From positions 160,001 through 224,000 of the forward strand of contig CAWAWS010000006.1 of NCBI GenBank assembly GCA_963785725.1: DNA of 64,000 nucleotides. Direction: 5' to 3'. Of this stretch, positions 1 to 13,711 are shown piece by piece. The DNA is from an uncultured delta proteobacterium. GTDB taxonomy: Bacteria; Myxococcota_A; Polyangia; Palsa-1104. Position 1 is the first letter of the stretch; each line of letters starts with the position of its first letter. The notes under the pieces were generated by a model. The model worked only from the letters and a program-made list of their open reading frames with translations. It did not search any database and was not told where the DNA came from. A program made the position numbers and the translations under genes.

Positions 1-2
1 AG

Positions 3-1298
3 GAGGCCGCGGCGCACGCCGACGAGCCGTCGCCGGCCGATGGGCTGCTCGACGATCGCGTCGTGGTGCGACCGCTCGAGCAGGCGACACCGGCGAAAGC
101 GCCGACGACCCAGCCCGAGCGGCCGACGGCGAAGTTGGCGCCGGTGACGACTGCGCCGGTGAAGCGGTCGCCGAGCGCGCTGCTCGACGACGCGCTGTCG
201 GCGCGCGATGCGGCGCGCCGGAACGCGCCGGCGACGAACGGCGGAGCGAGCGCGCCGGCGCCGTCCGCGCAAGCGACGAAGCCGACGCCGGCCGCGTCGA
301 CGTCGGCACAAGACGCCGCGCCTGCAATCGCAAAACCGATGGCAACGCCCGCGGCTGCGAGCCCGACGGCGAAAGCGGCCGCGCCCGCAGCAGCTGCGCC
401 GGCGGCGACGAGCCCGACGGCGAAAACGGCCGCGCCCGCAGCAGCTGCGCCGGCTGCGACGAGCCCGACGGCGAAAGCGGCCACGCCTGTAGCAGCTGCG
501 CCCGTCGCAAGCACGTCGGCGACGGGGAAAACAGCGGCGCCAGCCGCAAGCCCTTCGCCGGCCGCGAAACCGGCCGCGCCCGTCGCAACTACGCCAGCTG
601 CGACGACAAAGCCTGTCGAGCCCGCAAAGCCGGCTGCCGCGCCCGCGCCGACGAATCATGTCGCCGCGCCTGCGAAATCCGCTGCGCCAGCCACACCCGA
701 GCCCACGAAGCACGCCGCGCCCGAACCGGCGAAGCCGGCTGCGCCCGTCGCCGCGCCCGCGAAACCGGCCGCGACGACCGCGCCTGCACCGACGAAACCG
801 GCGGCGACGCCCGTCGCGGCCGCGCCGCCGGCGAGACCGGTCGCGCCTGCCGCCGTGCCGACGAAGCCTGCCGCCGCGCCCGTCGCTGCCGCGCCGAAGC
901 CCGTCGCGCCCGCGTCACCGCCCGCCGAGGTCCTAGCGCGCGCGCTCGCCGAATCCGCGCGCAAACCGCAAGTCGACGCGAAGGCCAAGAAGAACAAACG
1001 CAACAAGCACAAGACGCCGACGACGACTCCGACGGCCGCCGCGCCTTATCACGCGCCGCCGCCGTCCGCCGGCAAACCGGCCGCCGTGTCAGGCAAGCTG
1101 TCGCAGCAGTCGACCGCGCAAGCGCACACCAAAGAGCCGGTGTTCGACGAGCTGGAAGAGGACTTCTTCGCGCGCGAAGCCGAGCATCTCCAGCATCCAC
1201 CGACGGTCGAAGACTTCTCCGACCTCGAGCACGACGCGCGCCGCAAGCTGTCGCCCAAGCGCAACTGGTTCGGCCTCCGCGACGATAAGAAGAAGTAG
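3..1298 (+). CDS. Pro/Ala/Thr/Lys-rich low-complexity protein, 5' truncated by window edge
   Basis: Frame open from base 3 to TAG at 1298; long PAAK-rich tract followed by short acidic/aromatic C-terminal motif (VFDELEEDFFAREAE...RNWFG). Confidence 0.7.
   Translation, partial: EAAAHADEPSPADGLLDDRVVVRPLEQATPAKAPTTQPERPTAKLAPVTTAPVKRSPSALLDDALSARDAARRNAPATNGGASAPAPSAQATKPTPAASTSAQDAAPAIAKPMATPAAASPTAKAAAPAAAAPAATSPTAKTAAPAAAAPAATSPTAKAATPVAAAPVASTSATGKTAAPAASPSPAAKPAAPVATTPAATTKPVEPAKPAAAPAPTNHVAAPAKSAAPATPEPTKHAAPEPAKPAAPVAAPAKPAATTAPAPTKPAATPVAAAPPARPVAPAAVPTKPAAAPVAAAPKPVAPASPPAEVLARALAESARKPQVDAKAKKNKRNKHKTPTTTPTAAAPYHAPPPSAGKPAAVSGKLSQQSTAQAHTKEPVFDELEEDFFAREAEHLQHPPTVEDFSDLEHDARRKLSPKRNWFGLRDDKKK
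359..505 (+). repeat. 51-bp in-frame tandem repeat (about 3 copies, SPTAKxAAPAAAAPAAT)
   Basis: gagcccgacggcgaaa recurs at 359, 410, 461. Confidence 0.85.
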
Positions 1299-1309
1299 CG
1301 CCGCGGAGC

Positions 1310-1954
1310 TTAGGGCGTTGAAGGCAGCAGCTGCCAGACGAGATCGATCGCGCCTTGCGGACCGGCCAGCCGCAGCGTCAGCGACTTCGTGTCACTGCCG
1401 ACCAACGGCGTTCCGTCGGCGCGGGCGCGCGGAAAACGAATGCGCCAGCCGCGCGAGAAGATGTCGGCGTAGGGATAAAACTCGGTCTCCAAGCGGCGCC
1501 GCTCGCGCACCGTCGAGATCTCGGTCGGCGTCACTTCGTGCGCCTGATCGTCGACGAGCGTCACGCGCCACACCGACTTGGTCCCCGTCAGATCGTTGAG
1601 CACGTAGTCGTGCGTCGCGCTCTCGACGTGGAATTCGTAGGTGTCGGCGCCATCGGACAGCAGATCGCCGCGCACCTTCGGCTGACTCTCGGGCGTGACC
1701 TTGTACATCGCGATGTATTTCGCCGCATAGGCCGCGCGAAACTCGGGCGAGCGCAGGGTGGCGTCGAGCTGGAGCGCCTGATCGAAGTCGTTCATCAGCT
1801 GCCCGTGCCGCGTCCAACGCTTCAGCTGCTTCTCGTAGTCTTTGCTGTCGGGCTGCACTTTCGGCTCGCCCAACGACACGCGCGGCGGTCCTGCGCAGCC
1901 GGCGAGCATCGTTCCGCTCGTCGCCACGAGGAGCGCCAGCGCCCACTGCTTCAT
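1310..1954 (-). CDS. Putative lipoprotein (214 aa)
   Basis: Start MKQWALALLVATSGTMLAGC (lipobox LAGC); ATGA overlap with pyrE stop. Confidence 0.8.
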   Translation of the reverse strand: MKQWALALLVATSGTMLAGCAGPPRVSLGEPKVQPDSKDYEKQLKRWTRHGQLMNDFDQALQLDATLRSPEFRAAYAAKYIAMYKVTPESQPKVRGDLLSDGADTYEFHVESATHDYVLNDLTGTKSVWRVTLVDDQAHEVTPTEISTVRERRRLETEFYPYADIFSRGWRIRFPRARADGTPLVGSDTKSLTLRLAGPQGAIDLVWQLLPSTP

Positions 1955-2502
1955 CGAAAGTCGCTCTTCTTGTACAGCGCCGTGAGCGGCACTTCTTTCT
2001 CGACGGCTTCCTTGCCGCCCTCTTCGCGATCGACGAGCGTGAACACGCGCTTGACGTCGAGCCCGTGAATACGCGCGCGCTCGATCGCCTTCAACGTCGA
2101 GCCGCCGGTCGTGCACACGTCCTCGACGATCGCCACGGGCGTGCCCGGCTTCACCGTCTTGTCACCTTCGAGCCACTTCTGCGTGCCGTGCCCTTTGGGC
2201 TCTTTGCGCACGTAAAACGCCTCGATGGGCCGATTGCGCGTCCACGACACCGTCGCCACCGCCGACGCGATCGGGTCGGCGCCCATCGTCAACCCACCGA
2301 CGGCGCGCACGCCCGGCTCCAAGTTCTCGAGCAGCTCGTTGATGATCGTGCCGACGAGGAAGTGGCCCTCCGCCGTCAGCACGGCCTGCTTGCAGTCGAT
2401 GTAAAAGTTCGACGGCTTGCCCGACGCGAGAATGACCTCGCGCTCTTCGTAGGCCAGCGTCTTCAAGATTTCCAGCAGTCGATTGCGCGGGTTCTGGCTC
2501 AT
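1951..2502 (-). CDS. pyrE: Orotate phosphoribosyltransferase
   Basis: LASGKPSNFYIDCK, VRKEPKGHG and PRPP-binding VEDVCTTGGS motifs. Confidence 0.95.
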   Translation of the reverse strand: MSQNPRNRLLEILKTLAYEEREVILASGKPSNFYIDCKQAVLTAEGHFLVGTIINELLENLEPGVRAVGGLTMGADPIASAVATVSWTRNRPIEAFYVRKEPKGHGTQKWLEGDKTVKPGTPVAIVEDVCTTGGSTLKAIERARIHGLDVKRVFTLVDREEGGKEAVEKEVPLTALYKKSDFR

Positions 2503-3224
2503 GAGCTCTTCCGAATCAGGGCCTTGCGTCCGGGCGAAGCCAGCGACGGGATCTCCCGCGTCGCCACGCTCGCCGGCGCGGCCGTTTGCGCGTGGGTTTG
2601 CTGCGGTTGCACTGGTTTCGCCGCCATCGGCGCGACCTCGCGGCGCGGCGGCGGCGCCGATCGCGGCGGCTCGCCACCGCGCGCGCTGCGGCTGTACTCG
2701 GTCGGCGCGCTCGGGATCGCGTGCGGCGCGGCTTTGGGCGCGCTCGCCATCGGCTGTTGCGCCGGCTTGGCGGCCTCGATAGGCGCGGGCGCGTGCGACG
2801 CTTTGGCGACGACGGGCGCCGCCGCTTTGACGGCGGGCGCGACCGCAGCCGCAGCCGGCGCCGCCGTCGAAACCGGTGCGGCCGTAGCGGTTGGCGTCGT
2901 CGCGGCCGTCGGCTTCCGCATCATGCGGATGCTGCCTTCGAAGACCGCGCCTTCGTCGATGGCGATGCGCGGCGCCTCGATGTCGCCGGTGACGCGCGCC
3001 GTCGCCGTCAGCCGCACGACGGCGCTGGCGATGACCGAGTGCTCCAATTCGCCGGCGACGATGACGTCGCGGCCGCGCACTTCACCGCCGATCTTGGCGC
3101 CGGCGGCGATGGTCACGAGCGCCTCGCCGTGCACCGGCCCGTCGACGGTTCCGTGGATTTCGAGGTCGTCCTTGCCGCTCAGCGCCCCGGCAATGCGGGT
3201 TCCGGGGGCGATCACCGTTTTCAT
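2499..3224 (-). CDS. Bactofilin (polymer-forming cytoskeletal protein) with Pro/Ala-rich C-terminal tail, BacP-like
   Basis: MKTVIAPGTRIAGALSGKDDLEIHGTVDG...GDIEAPRIAIDEGAVFEGSI beta-helix signature; ATG at 3224. Confidence 0.85.
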   Translation of the reverse strand: MKTVIAPGTRIAGALSGKDDLEIHGTVDGPVHGEALVTIAAGAKIGGEVRGRDVIVAGELEHSVIASAVVRLTATARVTGDIEAPRIAIDEGAVFEGSIRMMRKPTAATTPTATAAPVSTAAPAAAAVAPAVKAAAPVVAKASHAPAPIEAAKPAQQPMASAPKAAPHAIPSAPTEYSRSARGGEPPRSAPPPRREVAPMAAKPVQPQQTHAQTAAPASVATREIPSLASPGRKALIRKSS

Positions 3225-3294
3225 GTGAGCGACGACGCTACCATACCGAACGTTGACCTGCCACCAAGCGAACCCTACAGTCATCGAACGATTG

Positions 3295-4638
3295 ATGGCG
3301 GCCCATAAAGAAGAGAGACCAATCGCGGATATCGCGGAGCTGGTCGCGCATTTCGAAGGCGGCGCCAAGCCGACCTCGGCGCTGAAGATCGGCGTCGAAC
3401 ACGAGAAGGTGGGTGTGCTCAGCGACGGGCGCGCCCCCGATTACGAGACGATCGCCAAGCTGCTCGAGGCGATGGCCTCGCGCGGCTGGAATCGTGTCGA
3501 GGAAGCCGGGCGCCTCATCGCCCTCGAACGGCCCAAGTGCGGCACGATCACGCTGGAGCCGGGTGGGCAGCTGGAGCATTCGGGCGCGCCCTGGCCGACG
3601 GTGACGGCGGCGGTGCGCGACAACGACAAGCACATCGACGAGCTCTTGCCGCTGGCGGCGGCCTTGGGCGTGCGCTTCGTCGGCGTCGGCTTTCGCCCGT
3701 TCGGGACGCTCGACGACGTGCCGTGGATGCCCAAGGGTCGCTATCGCGTCATGCGTCAGTATTTGCCGACGCGCGGCTCGATGGCGCACGAAATGATGAA
3801 GCGTACGACCACGGTGCAAGCCAACCTCGACTACGAGAGCGAGGACGACGCCATGGACAAGCTGCGCGTCGCCATGGGCTTGTCGTCGCTGGTGACGTCG
3901 CTGTTCGCGGCCTCGCCGATGGTCGACGGGCGCGCCGAGCTGACCGACGGGCGCGCCGCCTGGCAGAGCTATCGCGCGCGCGCCTGGCTCGACACCGACA
4001 ACGATCGCTGTGGCCTCTTGCCGTTCGCGTTTTCGGACGCGGCGCGCTTCACCGACTACGTGCAGTGGGCGCTCGATGTGCCGCTCTTTTTCGTCAAGCG
4101 CGACGGCGAGTACAAGCCGGCGCCGGGGGTCACGTTCCGTCGGTTCTTGACGCAAGGTTGGCAAGGCGAGCGCGCATTGCCGAGCGACTGGGAGCTGCAT
4201 TTGTCGACGCTGTTCCCGGAGACGCGGCTCAAGACGTTCGTCGAGGTGCGGCAGGCGGACGCGTCGTCGCGCGAGCTGGTGCGCGCGCTGCCGGCGTTAT
4301 GGCGCGGCGTGCTCTACGACGCGACGGCGCGCCACGACGCCTGGAAGCTCGTCGCCGATTGGTCGCTCGACGAGCGGCTGCGCGTCTACAAAGCGACGCC
4401 GCGGCAAGGCATTCACGGCACGGCGCATGGTCGGCCGATGCAAGCGTGGTGTCGCGAGCTGGTATCGATCGCGCGTGATGGCCTGTCGCGTCTCGATGCC
4501 AGCGAAGAGATGGCGTTGCTCGCGCCGCTCGACAAGATCGCCGAGGAGGGCCGCAGCTTGGCCGACGGCGTCGCCGCCGAGTATCAGCGCGTCGGCGGCG
4601 ACATCGGCCGCATGATCGACTTCCTGCAGCTCCGTTAA
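3295..4638 (+). CDS. gshA: Glutamate-cysteine ligase (GCS2, plant/alphaproteobacterial type)
   Basis: IGVEHEK, ITLEPGGQLEHSG, WMPKGRY, TVQANLD, HLSTLFPETRLKTFVEVR motifs. Confidence 0.92.
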   Translation: MAAHKEERPIADIAELVAHFEGGAKPTSALKIGVEHEKVGVLSDGRAPDYETIAKLLEAMASRGWNRVEEAGRLIALERPKCGTITLEPGGQLEHSGAPWPTVTAAVRDNDKHIDELLPLAAALGVRFVGVGFRPFGTLDDVPWMPKGRYRVMRQYLPTRGSMAHEMMKRTTTVQANLDYESEDDAMDKLRVAMGLSSLVTSLFAASPMVDGRAELTDGRAAWQSYRARAWLDTDNDRCGLLPFAFSDAARFTDYVQWALDVPLFFVKRDGEYKPAPGVTFRRFLTQGWQGERALPSDWELHLSTLFPETRLKTFVEVRQADASSRELVRALPALWRGVLYDATARHDAWKLVADWSLDERLRVYKATPRQGIHGTAHGRPMQAWCRELVSIARDGLSRLDASEEMALLAPLDKIAEEGRSLADGVAAEYQRVGGDIGRMIDFLQLR

Positions 4639-4675
4639 CCTTACGATTCCCGACTACTATCGAAGGCTTACTAAA

Positions 4676-5974
4676 TTAGCGCGGCGGCGTGCCGTTGCGG
4701 TTGCGCCAGCGCGTCAGGATCGCCTCCAGCTGCGTCATCGCTTCGGCGAAGGTCGGCGTCGGCGGCTTGGGCGGCTTCAGCAGCAGGCGCTCGAGCTCGG
4801 CCGTCGCTTCGGCGATGCGCGGCCGGCGCCGCTTGAGCGCGCGCTGCAGCCGCTCCTCGGTCAAGCCCCACGCGGCGGCCAGCTCGTCGAGATCGTCGCG
4901 CGTGCGGCGAAAGCGCGACGACGTCGACGCCGTGAGCGCGATCTCGCGCGTCGTCTCGTACGGCGCGCGCCCGCCGCGCTCTTCGATGGCGATGGGTCGC
5001 GTCTCGCCGCGCCGCTCGGGTATGGGCGCGGTCGCCGTCGCCGCGGCCGGCGTCTCCGGCGGAATCGGCGGCGGCATGCGCGACGCCGACCGCGCGTGCG
5101 CGCTCTCGCGCGTCGGCAGCTGTCCGACGAGCGAGCCTTCGCGCGACGGCAGCTCGCCGTTGGCGCGCGGAAGCGGCGGCGGAATCGGCGGCGGCGCCAT
5201 CTGCCGCGCGAACAGCGGCGACTCGCGCCCGGCCACCGTCTCTTCGTTCGCGTCTGCCAACAGCTGCGGCACCTGCACGCGCTCGGTCGACTCGGCGCCC
5301 GCGATCGCCTCCGGCACGCCCACGCGCGCCGTCGGATCTTCCAAAGGCGCCGGCTTCACCGGCTCGTCGCTGCCACCGGCGCGCGCGAGCATCTCCGGCA
5401 GATCGACGCGCGCCGTGTCCGAGGCTTCGTCGGGCGGCAGCTCGCGCTGCGGCGTCCGCGCGAGCAGCTCGGGCACGTTGACGCGCGCCGTGCGCTCGGG
5501 ATCGTTGGCTTGCCCGTCGAGCGGCGGCGATTCGCTCGTGCGATCGTAGTCGTCGCGCGTGTTGATCATGTGCGCCGACGACACCGGCTGCTGCGGCAGG
5601 TTCACGTTCGGCGACGTCCCGTGATCGGCCCGCCAGCGCAGCGCCCGATCGACGACCGACTGCGAATCGGCGTCGAGGCGCATGAACTTGACGCCCATGC
5701 CGTGCGGCTTGCCCGGCGTCGTCGGATCGTAGTCCTTCGTCCACTGCACCTGACCTTCGCCGCGAATGATCGAGGTGCCGCTCTCGTCGGAGAGCACGAA
5801 CTCGAAGCGCACGTAGGTGCCGATTGGCTTGGGCGACTTGGTGGCGATGAAGATGCCGCCGCGCGAGATGTTCACCGCGTACTTCTGGATGAACGTGTCG
5901 ATGTCGGGGTACTTGAGCTTGATGCGCATCGACGCCGTTTGGCGATCGCCGACGCGACTATCCTGACCTGCCAC
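4676..5974 (-). CDS. TIGR02266-like (myxobacterial PilZ-like) domain protein with disordered C-terminal region
   Basis: FIQKYAVNISRGGIFIATKSPKPIGT...GEGQVQW...GMGVKF signature; GTG start supported by TGATATAGT 6 nt upstream. Confidence 0.85.
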   Translation of the reverse strand: MAGQDSRVGDRQTASMRIKLKYPDIDTFIQKYAVNISRGGIFIATKSPKPIGTYVRFEFVLSDESGTSIIRGEGQVQWTKDYDPTTPGKPHGMGVKFMRLDADSQSVVDRALRWRADHGTSPNVNLPQQPVSSAHMINTRDDYDRTSESPPLDGQANDPERTARVNVPELLARTPQRELPPDEASDTARVDLPEMLARAGGSDEPVKPAPLEDPTARVGVPEAIAGAESTERVQVPQLLADANEETVAGRESPLFARQMAPPPIPPPLPRANGELPSREGSLVGQLPTRESAHARSASRMPPPIPPETPAAATATAPIPERRGETRPIAIEERGGRAPYETTREIALTASTSSRFRRTRDDLDELAAAWGLTEERLQRALKRRRPRIAEATAELERLLLKPPKPPTPTFAEAMTQLEAILTRWRNRNGTPPR

Positions 5975-6213
5975 GTGGCCACTATATCATCAGCGGCAAC
6001 GGCGCCAGCAGCACAGTTTGCGGCGTGCCCGCGTCACGAAGTTGGCGTTTTGCGCGGCGAAGCGGGGGAGCGAATGTCGTGCGAAATGCGTACGACGACG
6101 TTGCGCTGGCTGTCCGGCTCGAATCCGGGTGCGGCTTGGTCGGGCTGCTCGCCGGCGCGAGTCGGGTCGCCCGCGTGCCGCCGGCCGCGTCATGTGTGTT
6201 CGTGCGTCGGCGA

Positions 6214-10339
<4,126 letters not shown>

Positions 10340-10359
10340 CGTGGCTCTATCTCTAGTCG

Positions 10360-11532
10360 CTATCGTCTGCGGTCGAGCTCGAGTGGAATGTCGGTCGCGT
10401 CGCGCGTCGGCGCCTCTTGGCGTTGCGCCCCCGCTTGGTTGATCTGCTGATCGCCTTTGGACACGCCGCGGAACTGTAGCGCAAAATCGTCCGGCGTCGT
10501 CGAAGTGCTGAGCGCCGTTTCGTAGGTAATCAATTGACGCATCACCAAATCCGCGAGGCTCTGGTCGAACGTCATCATTCCGTAAGGATTGCGGCCGTTG
10601 GCGATGGCGTCGCGGATCTCGCGCGTGCGCTTGGGATCCTCGAGCAGCTCGCGCACGCGGCCGGTCATGACCAGGATCTCGACCGCCGGCACCATGCCCT
10701 TGCCGTCGGCGCGCGGCACCAAGCGCTGCGAGACGACGCCTTTTAGGACCGCCGCCAACGCCAGGCGAATCTGCGCCTGCTGATGCGGCGGGAACATGCC
10801 GATGATGCGGTTCACCGTCTCCACCGCGTCCAGCGTATGGAGCGTCGACATGACCAAGTGGCCGGTCTCGGACGCGTGCAGCGCCGTCTCGATCGTCTCT
10901 TCGTCACGCATTTCGCCGACGAGGATGACGTCGGGATCCTGCCGCAACGCCGCGCGCAGCGCCGACGAGAACGACTCGGCATCGAAGCCGATCTCGCGCT
11001 GATTGACCACCGAGCGCCGATCGCGATGCATGAACTCGATCGGATCTTCGACGGTGATGATGTGGCTCGCGCGCTGCCGATTGATGTGATCGATCATCGC
11101 CGCCAGCGTCGTCGACTTGCCCGACCCGGTGATTCCCGTGACCAGGATGAGCCCGCGCTCTTCCTCGCACATCTTTTGCACGGCCGGCGGCAGGTTCAGC
11201 TTGTCGAACCCCGGCACTTCCGGCGGGATGATGCGCAAGACCATCCCCGTCTGCCCGCGCTGCTTGAAGACGTTGACGCGATAACGCACGCCATCCGGCG
11301 TCCCGTAGCTCAAGTCGGCGTCGTGATGGATGTCGAACTGCGCCCGCTGCTTGTCGTTCATGAGGTTGACGGCGAATGTTCCGATGACCTCGGCCGTCAA
11401 AGGAGGCGTGTCACGCAGCGTGCGCAGATCGCCTTTGATGCGAAAGACCGGTGGCAGCCCCGACTTCAAGTGCACGTCCGACGCACCCAGCTGGCGGGCC
11501 GCTCCGAGCACGTGGTCGAGAATCTGGTTCAT
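10360..11532 (-). CDS. pilT: PilT/PilU family type IV pilus retraction ATPase paralogue
   Basis: ASDVHL, Walker A GITGSGKST, TVEDPIE, ALRQDPDVILVGEMRD, GHLVMSTLHT. Confidence 0.9.
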   Translation of the reverse strand: MNQILDHVLGAARQLGASDVHLKSGLPPVFRIKGDLRTLRDTPPLTAEVIGTFAVNLMNDKQRAQFDIHHDADLSYGTPDGVRYRVNVFKQRGQTGMVLRIIPPEVPGFDKLNLPPAVQKMCEEERGLILVTGITGSGKSTTLAAMIDHINRQRASHIITVEDPIEFMHRDRRSVVNQREIGFDAESFSSALRAALRQDPDVILVGEMRDEETIETALHASETGHLVMSTLHTLDAVETVNRIIGMFPPHQQAQIRLALAAVLKGVVSQRLVPRADGKGMVPAVEILVMTGRVRELLEDPKRTREIRDAIANGRNPYGMMTFDQSLADLVMRQLITYETALSTSTTPDDFALQFRGVSKGDQQINQAGAQRQEAPTRDATDIPLELDRRR

Positions 11533-11572
11533 GGCTCCATCGTAGCGCATCATGCTACGATTTCGCTACTCT

Positions 11573-12673
11573 ATGTCTGACTTCCGCTGCCCGCACTGCC
11601 GCACGGCGCTGCCGGAGAAGGCGACGTTTTGCGCGGCCTGCGGCCGCCGCATCGAAGGCTGGAGCGCGGCGCCCGCCGACGTCACGCCGGCCGTGAATCC
11701 CGGCGCCGACGCGCTGGCCGGCGACGACGCCGCGACGCGGCAAGTGGAGCCGACCCCGTCGCTGATGCGGGCGGTGGCGCTGTCGAAGCAGCGCGATCGG
11801 CACGCGCCGCGCTGGTGGATCGCGGTCGGCATGCTGGTGGTGGCGTTGACGGGCGGGACGGCGGCGTTCTTCGCCGTGCGGCTGCACAAGCAGTCGCAGC
11901 CGCGGCCGCTGACGATGGTGGCGCAAGAGCCCGATCCCGTCGACGAGCCGGCGCCGGCGCCGCTGCCGAGTGTGCCGCCCGTCGCCACGCCGCAACCGGT
12001 GGCGCCGCCGGCGATGACGAAGCCGCAGCCGCCGAAGACGGTCGCCAAAGTGGCGACGACGCCGAAGCCGCAGCCGGCGAAGCCGCACCCGATCGCGAAG
12101 GTGACGACGGCGAAAGCGGCCGGGCCGACGCATTTGGCGGCGCCGAAGGTGCCGCACGCGGCCCTGCCGGCCGGCAACGGCTTGCCGCACAAAGCGGTGC
12201 ACACCGACTCGCAGTCGATCGCGCAGCTGACGGTGAAGCAGCAGAAGCTGGCGGCGGTGCAGGCGAAACAGGAGCAGCAGCAGGCCACGACGCAGTCGCC
12301 GGCGGCGAATCCGCAGCTGCAGCTGCCGACGGTCGCGCACGAAACCAGCGAGACGGCGGCCGACGACCGCGCCGAAGCGCAAGCGAGCCTCGACGCCGAC
12401 GGTGTCCGCTTCGTCGTCAAGACGCACCTGCCGCAAGTGCGCGCTTGTTACGGTCGCGCCTTCAAGGACGCGTCGCCCGGCGGCACCGTCGAGGTCGGCT
12501 TCGCCATCGACGGCAACGGCCGCGCCAAGAACGTCCGCACCGAGCGCAACAGCACCGACTCCGAGCCGCTGGCGCGCTGTCTCGAGACGCGCGTCAAGGA
12601 GTGGCAGTTCCCGCGCTCCGTCGGTGGTGACTTCGAGCTCATCTACCCGTTCGTGTTCGCGCCAGGAAGCTGA
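11573..12673 (+). CDS. Zinc-ribbon, TM, Pro-rich linker and AgmX/PglI-like (TonB-C-like) C-terminal domain protein
   Basis: CPHC...FCAACG; one TM helix; VRACY...GTVEVGFAIDGNG...CL...WQFP...YPFVF. Confidence 0.8.
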   Translation: MSDFRCPHCRTALPEKATFCAACGRRIEGWSAAPADVTPAVNPGADALAGDDAATRQVEPTPSLMRAVALSKQRDRHAPRWWIAVGMLVVALTGGTAAFFAVRLHKQSQPRPLTMVAQEPDPVDEPAPAPLPSVPPVATPQPVAPPAMTKPQPPKTVAKVATTPKPQPAKPHPIAKVTTAKAAGPTHLAAPKVPHAALPAGNGLPHKAVHTDSQSIAQLTVKQQKLAAVQAKQEQQQATTQSPAANPQLQLPTVAHETSETAADDRAEAQASLDADGVRFVVKTHLPQVRACYGRAFKDASPGGTVEVGFAIDGNGRAKNVRTERNSTDSEPLARCLETRVKEWQFPRSVGGDFELIYPFVFAPGS

Positions 12674-12693
12674 AGCTGATATTGTAACGGCCT

Positions 12694-13704
12694 ATGGCCG
12701 AAGCCGACGGACAAGAGGTCTTGGTCGTCGACACCGACGAGCGAGTCCAGCGCGGCATGACGCAGATGCTGACCGACAATGGGCTCGTGCCGACGGTGGT
12801 CTCCGATCCAGCCCGAGCGCGCGAGCTGGCGCGCGACAAGTACTTCGCGGTGGCGCTGCTCGACATCGACACGCCCGCGCCCAACGGCGGCATCGAGCTC
12901 GTGCGCTGGTTCAAAGAGCACGCGCCGACGACGTCGACGATCATGATGGCCTCGCGCAAGCTCTACGAATCGGCGGTCGACGCCTTTCGCGCCGGCGCCG
13001 CGGACATGATCGTGAAGTCGCCCGATCAAGTGCAGTATCTGCGGCAGCGCACGGTCGAGCTGGCGGCGGGCGTGCAAAAGACGGTGACCGACGATCGCCT
13101 GATGCAAGAGGTGATCGGCGTGCACGAGGATTTCCTGCGCCGCTTGATGGATTCGTCGCGGCGCACGGCCGAACTCGAAGAGCAGGTCGGCGGCGGCTCG
13201 CATCCGTCGGCCGCGGACGAAGAGTGCGCGCTGCTCGTCGTCGAAGAGGACGGCTGGCTGGCCAAGCAGCTCGGCGAGTCGCTGGCGGCGCGCGGCGGCT
13301 ACGCGGTCGTGACGACGTCGACGGGCGGCGAAGCGATCGATCGCGCCGGCGGACGCAACTTCCAGATCGCGATCGTGCGCGATTCGCTGCCCGATCTGCC
13401 GGGGACGATGGTGATCTCGGCGTTGAAAGGGCAGTCGCAGGAGACGCTGACGATCTTGTATTCGCGGCCGGGCGCGCAGCCGGGCAAGGCCGACGTCATC
13501 GAAGGCTCGAAGACCATCCCGCTCGTGCCCGAATTTTCGCAGGCGCAGCAGATGGTCGAGCGCATCGACGAGCTGCGCGAAGCCTTCCGTCGCAAGTCGC
13601 GTGAGCGGCGCTATCTAGCTGCATTTCGTCAGGAAAACTACGAGCTCTTGCGCCGCTACGCCGACATGAAGATTCGGCTGCAGCGCGCCTCTCAGAAGAC
13701 CTGA
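12694..13704 (+). CDS. Response regulator with a receiver and a pseudo-receiver domain
   Basis: VLVVDTD...ALLDID first REC domain; second REC-like domain LLVVEED...AIVRD lacks the aligned Asp. Confidence 0.8.
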   Translation: MAEADGQEVLVVDTDERVQRGMTQMLTDNGLVPTVVSDPARARELARDKYFAVALLDIDTPAPNGGIELVRWFKEHAPTTSTIMMASRKLYESAVDAFRAGAADMIVKSPDQVQYLRQRTVELAAGVQKTVTDDRLMQEVIGVHEDFLRRLMDSSRRTAELEEQVGGGSHPSAADEECALLVVEEDGWLAKQLGESLAARGGYAVVTTSTGGEAIDRAGGRNFQIAIVRDSLPDLPGTMVISALKGQSQETLTILYSRPGAQPGKADVIEGSKTIPLVPEFSQAQQMVERIDELREAFRRKSRERRYLAAFRQENYELLRRYADMKIRLQRASQKT

Positions 13705-13711
13705 CGGCGAC

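Noticed and set aside
5990..6213. Small ORFs or T-box-like RNA downstream of alaS
   Set aside because: No coding signature or T-box motif, and the location is 3' of alaS.
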